A stretch of DNA of 64,000 bases from assembly GCA_963793305.1 (NCBI GenBank), contig CAWBZV010000003.1, positions 576,001 through 640,000 of the forward strand, read 5' to 3'. This document shows positions 60,334 to 64,000 of the stretch, in pieces. The notes beneath the pieces were generated by a model, which saw nothing but the letters and a program-made list of their open reading frames with translations, was not told where the DNA came from and did not search any database. The stretch's first letter is position 1; every line of letters starts with the position of its first letter. Both the position numbers and the translations under genes were made by a program. The DNA comes from an uncultured Gemmatimonadales bacterium. GTDB taxonomy: Bacteria; Gemmatimonadota; Gemmatimonadetes; Gemmatimonadales; Gemmatimonadaceae.

Positions 60334-60452
60334 CGCTAGCTAGCGCCATTGCCTGTACGAGCGTGATTGCATAAATTGTGGTTACTTGCGAGGTCGGTGT
60401 GGGGCTCCGGGGAGAAATCCTCGGGGCTTTTCACATCGGGGGAGTTCACCTG

Positions 60453-60488
60453 TTGACTTTCGGGATATCTTCGGGTACAATGTTCGGG
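60453..60488 (+). promoter_or_regulatory. Near-consensus sigma70 promoter; leaderless start
   Basis: TTGACT(60453)-17 nt-TACAAT(60476); GTG 6 nt downstream at 60488. Confidence 0.7.
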
Positions 60489-61747
60489 TGGAGAAGGATC
60501 TTCCGCTCGAGCAAAAACTCGCGATTCTGACAGATCTGGCGACCGACGATCGCGAAGGACCGCCGCCGCCGCGGCTGCGCAATACGAAGTCAGTCGGCGC
60601 GCTCCGACCGCTGAATATCAGACAGATACGAGTCGGACGGTGGAAGACGTCGCTGCTGCGCATTCTCATGACGAATGCATGCAGCTACAACTGCCACTAC
60701 TGCCCAATGCGCCGCGACCGGAACATGCCGCGGACGCTGCTCAAGCCCGAGGAGCTCGTCAAGATCTTCCTCGCGGCGAGGGCCAAGGGATGGTGCGAGG
60801 GGCTGTTCATTACCACTGGCATCCCTGGTCGGCCGCAAAAGGTGATCGATGACCTGATCACCGTGCTCGAACTGCTGCGAGTCAAGCACAAGTTCACGGG
60901 CTACGTGCACGTGAAGATGCCACCGGGCGGACAACCGGCGCAGATCGAGCGACTAACGGCGCTGGCGAGTCGCGTGTCGATCAACCTCGAGACCCCGTGC
61001 GGTCAGACGTTGGAGCAGATCGCGCCGGAGAAGAGTCTCAGCGAGACGCTGGTCAGCCTGGAGCGCTCGCGCACGCTCGTCAATCTCGCGCGCGAAGCCG
61101 AGCGGGATGGGAAGCAGCGCGACCTGTTGGCGCCCGGTGGTGTCGCCGGGATGACGATGCAGTTCGTCGTGGGTGCTACGCCCGATGATGATCGGTCGAT
61201 CGTCGGCCGCGTGACGGCACTCTATGCCGGAGGCGGCATCCATCACGCACATTTCTCCGCCTTCCGCCCGATCCGCGACACGCCCATGGAGAACACCCGA
61301 GCGACTCCCGCTCTGAGAGAGCAGCGGCTGTATCAGGTGGATTATCTCCTGCGCCAGTACGGATTCGGACCGGGCGAGATCGTCTATGACGACACCGGTC
61401 ATCTCCCGCTCGTCACCGACCCCAAGTACGCTTGGGCCCTCGCGCATCCGGCGTCGTTTCCGGTCGAGGTGACGACGGCCGACTATGAGACGCTCATGCG
61501 GGTACCCGGCATCGGCCCGCTCTCGGCCCGCCGACTCGTGGCCGAGCGCCACGCAACCGCGATCCGCGGCCTCGCGGATCTCAGAAAGCTCGGCGTGATC
61601 ACCAAGCGCGCGGCCGGATTTGTCACGCTCCGCGGCCGCCGGCTCAATCCGGTCCGGTGGGAACAACAGCTCGGGATCTGGCGACCCGAAGACGAGATTG
61701 GTAGCTATCATCGGGTATACGAAGTCAGTCCCGGAACATTTCGATAG
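60488..61747 (+). CDS. Putative DNA modification/repair radical SAM protein with HhH (TIGR03916-like)
   Basis: LMTNACSYNCHYC, EGLF, SINLE, APEK, REQRLYQVDYLLRQYGF, LMRVPGIGP. Confidence 0.88.
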   Translation: MEKDLPLEQKLAILTDLATDDREGPPPPRLRNTKSVGALRPLNIRQIRVGRWKTSLLRILMTNACSYNCHYCPMRRDRNMPRTLLKPEELVKIFLAARAKGWCEGLFITTGIPGRPQKVIDDLITVLELLRVKHKFTGYVHVKMPPGGQPAQIERLTALASRVSINLETPCGQTLEQIAPEKSLSETLVSLERSRTLVNLAREAERDGKQRDLLAPGGVAGMTMQFVVGATPDDDRSIVGRVTALYAGGGIHHAHFSAFRPIRDTPMENTRATPALREQRLYQVDYLLRQYGFGPGEIVYDDTGHLPLVTDPKYAWALAHPASFPVEVTTADYETLMRVPGIGPLSARRLVAERHATAIRGLADLRKLGVITKRAAGFVTLRGRRLNPVRWEQQLGIWRPEDEIGSYHRVYEVSPGTFR

Positions 61748-61765
61748 CCTCGATAGGAGCGGCGT

Positions 61766-62065
61766 GTGATCGCGCGGACCTGGCGTGGGGCAACGAAGGC
61801 GAGCGACGGCAATGCGTATGTGGAATACCTCCGGAAGACCGGTATTCGCGAGTACAAGGCAACGCCGGGTAACAAGGGCGTGATCGCGCTGCGTAGGGAG
61901 CGCGACGGCAAAACCGAGTTCTTTCTCGTGTCCCTCTGGGACGGCTGGGACGCCGTCCGTGCGTTCGCCGGTCCCACCCCTGAACGCGCCGTCTTTTATC
62001 CCGAGGATGATCGCTTCCTCGTCGAGCGGGACAACCACGTCGACCACTATGAAGTGATCGAATAG
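61766..62065 (+). CDS. Antibiotic-biosynthesis-monooxygenase-like (dimeric alpha/beta barrel) protein
   Basis: MIARTWRG...TPGN...SLW...AFAG...FYPED...HYEV; AGGAG RBS. Confidence 0.8.
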   Translation: MIARTWRGATKASDGNAYVEYLRKTGIREYKATPGNKGVIALRRERDGKTEFFLVSLWDGWDAVRAFAGPTPERAVFYPEDDRFLVERDNHVDHYEVIE

Positions 62066-62074
62066 TTTGCTGCG

Positions 62075-64000
62075 GTGAGCAGCGAGCTCTTAGATCAACT
62101 ACAAGCGGGCCTGGGGTCGGGATATACGGTCGAACGCGAGATCGGTCGCGGCGGCATGGCGACCGTATTTCTGGCCCACGATCACAAGCACGATCGCTCC
62201 GTCGCGCTCAAAGTCCTGCACGAGCCACTGGCCGCGAGCCTCGGGCCCGCGCGCTTTCGGCGCGAGATCACGCTCGCCGCGCGCCTGCAGCACCCACACA
62301 TCCTCGCCGTGCACGACTCCGGCGAGGCCCAAGGGCTCTTGTGGTTCACGATGCCGTATGTCGACGGCGAGACGCTCCGCTCGCTGCTGAATCGTCAAAA
62401 GCAGCTGCCGGTCGAGAACGCCGTGCAGATCGCTCGCGAGGTCGCCGATGCGCTCGAGTACGCGCACCAGCACGGCGTGATCCATCGCGACATCAAGCCC
62501 GAAAATATTCTCCTGTCGAGCGGCCATGCGCTGGTCGCGGATTTCGGCATCGCGCGAGCCGTGCACCCCGGTGACGGGGATCATGCGCTGACCGAAATCG
62601 GCATGGCGATCGGGACTCCGCGGTACATGAGTCCCGAGCAGGCGCACGCCGAGCGGTCGATCGATGGACGCACGGACGTGTACAGCCTGGCGGCGGTGCT
62701 CTACGAGATGCTCGCCGGTGTGCCGCCGACTGGCCTCTGGACCGGCACGGTCTCGGTGCGCAAAGATCGCCCGTCAGTCCCTGAAGCGATCGACCTCGCG
62801 CTCCAGAAAGCGCTGCAACCGATGCCCGCCGATCGGTTCGCCTCGGCCGGTCAGTTCGCGGAAGCGCTGTCGACGGGGATGAAGCCGCCGCGCGGTCGAC
62901 CCTATGTCGCGTGGGTCGCGGTGGGTATCGCCGTCGCCGCGCTGACATTGCTGGTCGCCCGGTGGCCGGCCCGCGGCGGCACGTCGAAAGTCCTCGCCGT
63001 GCTCCCCTTCGAAAACCTCGGCGCCAGCACGCAGGAGTATTTCGCCGAGGGGCTGACCGATGAGCTCCGCGGGAAGCTCTCGTCGATCGCCGGGCTCAGC
63101 GTGATCGCCACCGGCAGCTCGGAGCAGTATCGCCACACGGAGAAGACCCTGCAGCAGATCGCGCACGAGCTCGGGGTCCGCTATCTGCTGGTTGGCACCG
63201 TGAGCTGGGACGGCAAATCCCGCGTGCGCGTGAGCCCCGAGCTGGTCGAGGTGACGTCGGCGCCGGCGCCGACGACGACGTGGAAGCAAGCGTTCGAGGC
63301 CAATCCCTCCGACGTGTTCTCCGTACAGGCCGACATCGCCGGCCAGGTTGCCTCGGAGCTCGGGCTCGCGCTCGGCACCAGCGCCAAGCGCAAAATGACT
63401 GCCCGCCTGACCGAGAACATTGCGGCGCACGATGCCTACCTCCAGGGTCTCGCGTTGCTGCCGCGCACGATCACGGCCGGGACGGCGACGCCGTCGGCCG
63501 AAGTGGCGCGACAGGCGGCCGCGGCGTTCCGACAGGCCGTGGCGCTCGACTCATCGTTCGCCGCTGCCTGGGCGCGGCTGTCGCTCGTCGACTCGCGCCT
63601 GTACCTGGCGGACGCATCGCCATCCGTGCTCGCCGAATCGCGGACGGCGGCCGAGCGGTCCTTGAGGCTCAACCCGGCGCTCCCCGAGGGCCACCAAGCG
63701 CTCGGCGCCTACTTCGCGAACGGCCCGAGCGATTTCGCGCGGGCGCTGTCGGAGGATTCGATCGGGCTCGCCGCCGCGCCCGAGAACGTCGAGCTGCTCA
63801 CGGCGGCCGGCGTGAATGAGATCAACATGGGGAGGCTCGATGCGGCGATCGAGCGGCTGCGCCATGCGCTGGCGCTCGATCCGCGATCCGTGTTGACGGC
63901 TACGCGACTCGCCGATGCGCTCAATCGCAAAGGCGACTTCGCCGGGGCGCGCGAGGCCGCCGAGCATGGGCTCGGTGTCGATCCGACGAGTCTCGCGCTC
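62075..64000 (+). CDS. Ser/Thr kinase with TM, TolB-N-like and TPR domains (3' partial)
   Basis: EIGRGGMATV, VALKVL, HRDIKPEN, DFG, GTPRYMSPE, AVLPFEN...YFAEGLTDE; open to the window end. Confidence 0.9.
   Translation, partial: MSSELLDQLQAGLGSGYTVEREIGRGGMATVFLAHDHKHDRSVALKVLHEPLAASLGPARFRREITLAARLQHPHILAVHDSGEAQGLLWFTMPYVDGETLRSLLNRQKQLPVENAVQIAREVADALEYAHQHGVIHRDIKPENILLSSGHALVADFGIARAVHPGDGDHALTEIGMAIGTPRYMSPEQAHAERSIDGRTDVYSLAAVLYEMLAGVPPTGLWTGTVSVRKDRPSVPEAIDLALQKALQPMPADRFASAGQFAEALSTGMKPPRGRPYVAWVAVGIAVAALTLLVARWPARGGTSKVLAVLPFENLGASTQEYFAEGLTDELRGKLSSIAGLSVIATGSSEQYRHTEKTLQQIAHELGVRYLLVGTVSWDGKSRVRVSPELVEVTSAPAPTTTWKQAFEANPSDVFSVQADIAGQVASELGLALGTSAKRKMTARLTENIAAHDAYLQGLALLPRTITAGTATPSAEVARQAAAAFRQAVALDSSFAAAWARLSLVDSRLYLADASPSVLAESRTAAERSLRLNPALPEGHQALGAYFANGPSDFARALSEDSIGLAAAPENVELLTAAGVNEINMGRLDAAIERLRHALALDPRSVLTATRLADALNRKGDFAGAREAAEHGLGVDPTSLAL

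Overview
GC-rich bacterial chromosomal window, probably Gemmatimonadota (inferred from the gene repertoire, not verified). From left to right: (1) the 3' end of a cysteine-less hydrogenase-4-like (Ehr) operon, two stand-alone GAF genes and a BetI-type TetR with two operator-like palindromes; (2) a small defence-like islet (DUF2971-like, PD-(D/E)xK-like, HEPN AbiU2-like) ending at a tRNA-Phe 3'-half remnant that resembles an att scar; (3) accessory genes, including a 37-codon secreted-peptide gene missing from the ORF track, directly upstream of a TPR-like protein; (4) a variable slot between convergent NHL-repeat and CocE genes with a fused, synonymously diverged copy of both genes' 3' ends in the middle; (5) hydrolases, GGT, arginase, GntR and an amino-acid permease; (6) an 11.5-kb hopanoid cluster (hpnJI, hpnL-like, squalene synthase, shc, hpnG, hpnA, ispH, hpnH, hpnB); (7) ada, copCD, lysR-fdhD, DPP-IV, and an ECF sigma factor with a Ser/Thr kinase; (8) a tRNA with a leucine-type body but a CGC (Ala) anticodon, a TIGR03916-like radical SAM gene and a partial Ser/Thr kinase. 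A multi-hairpin REP-like repeat occurs six times, once in frame inside a gene. Nine single-base +1 frameshifts look like long-read errors rather than pseudogenes. No CRISPR array, integrase or transposase was seen. All family calls come from motif recognition by eye; no database searches were run.
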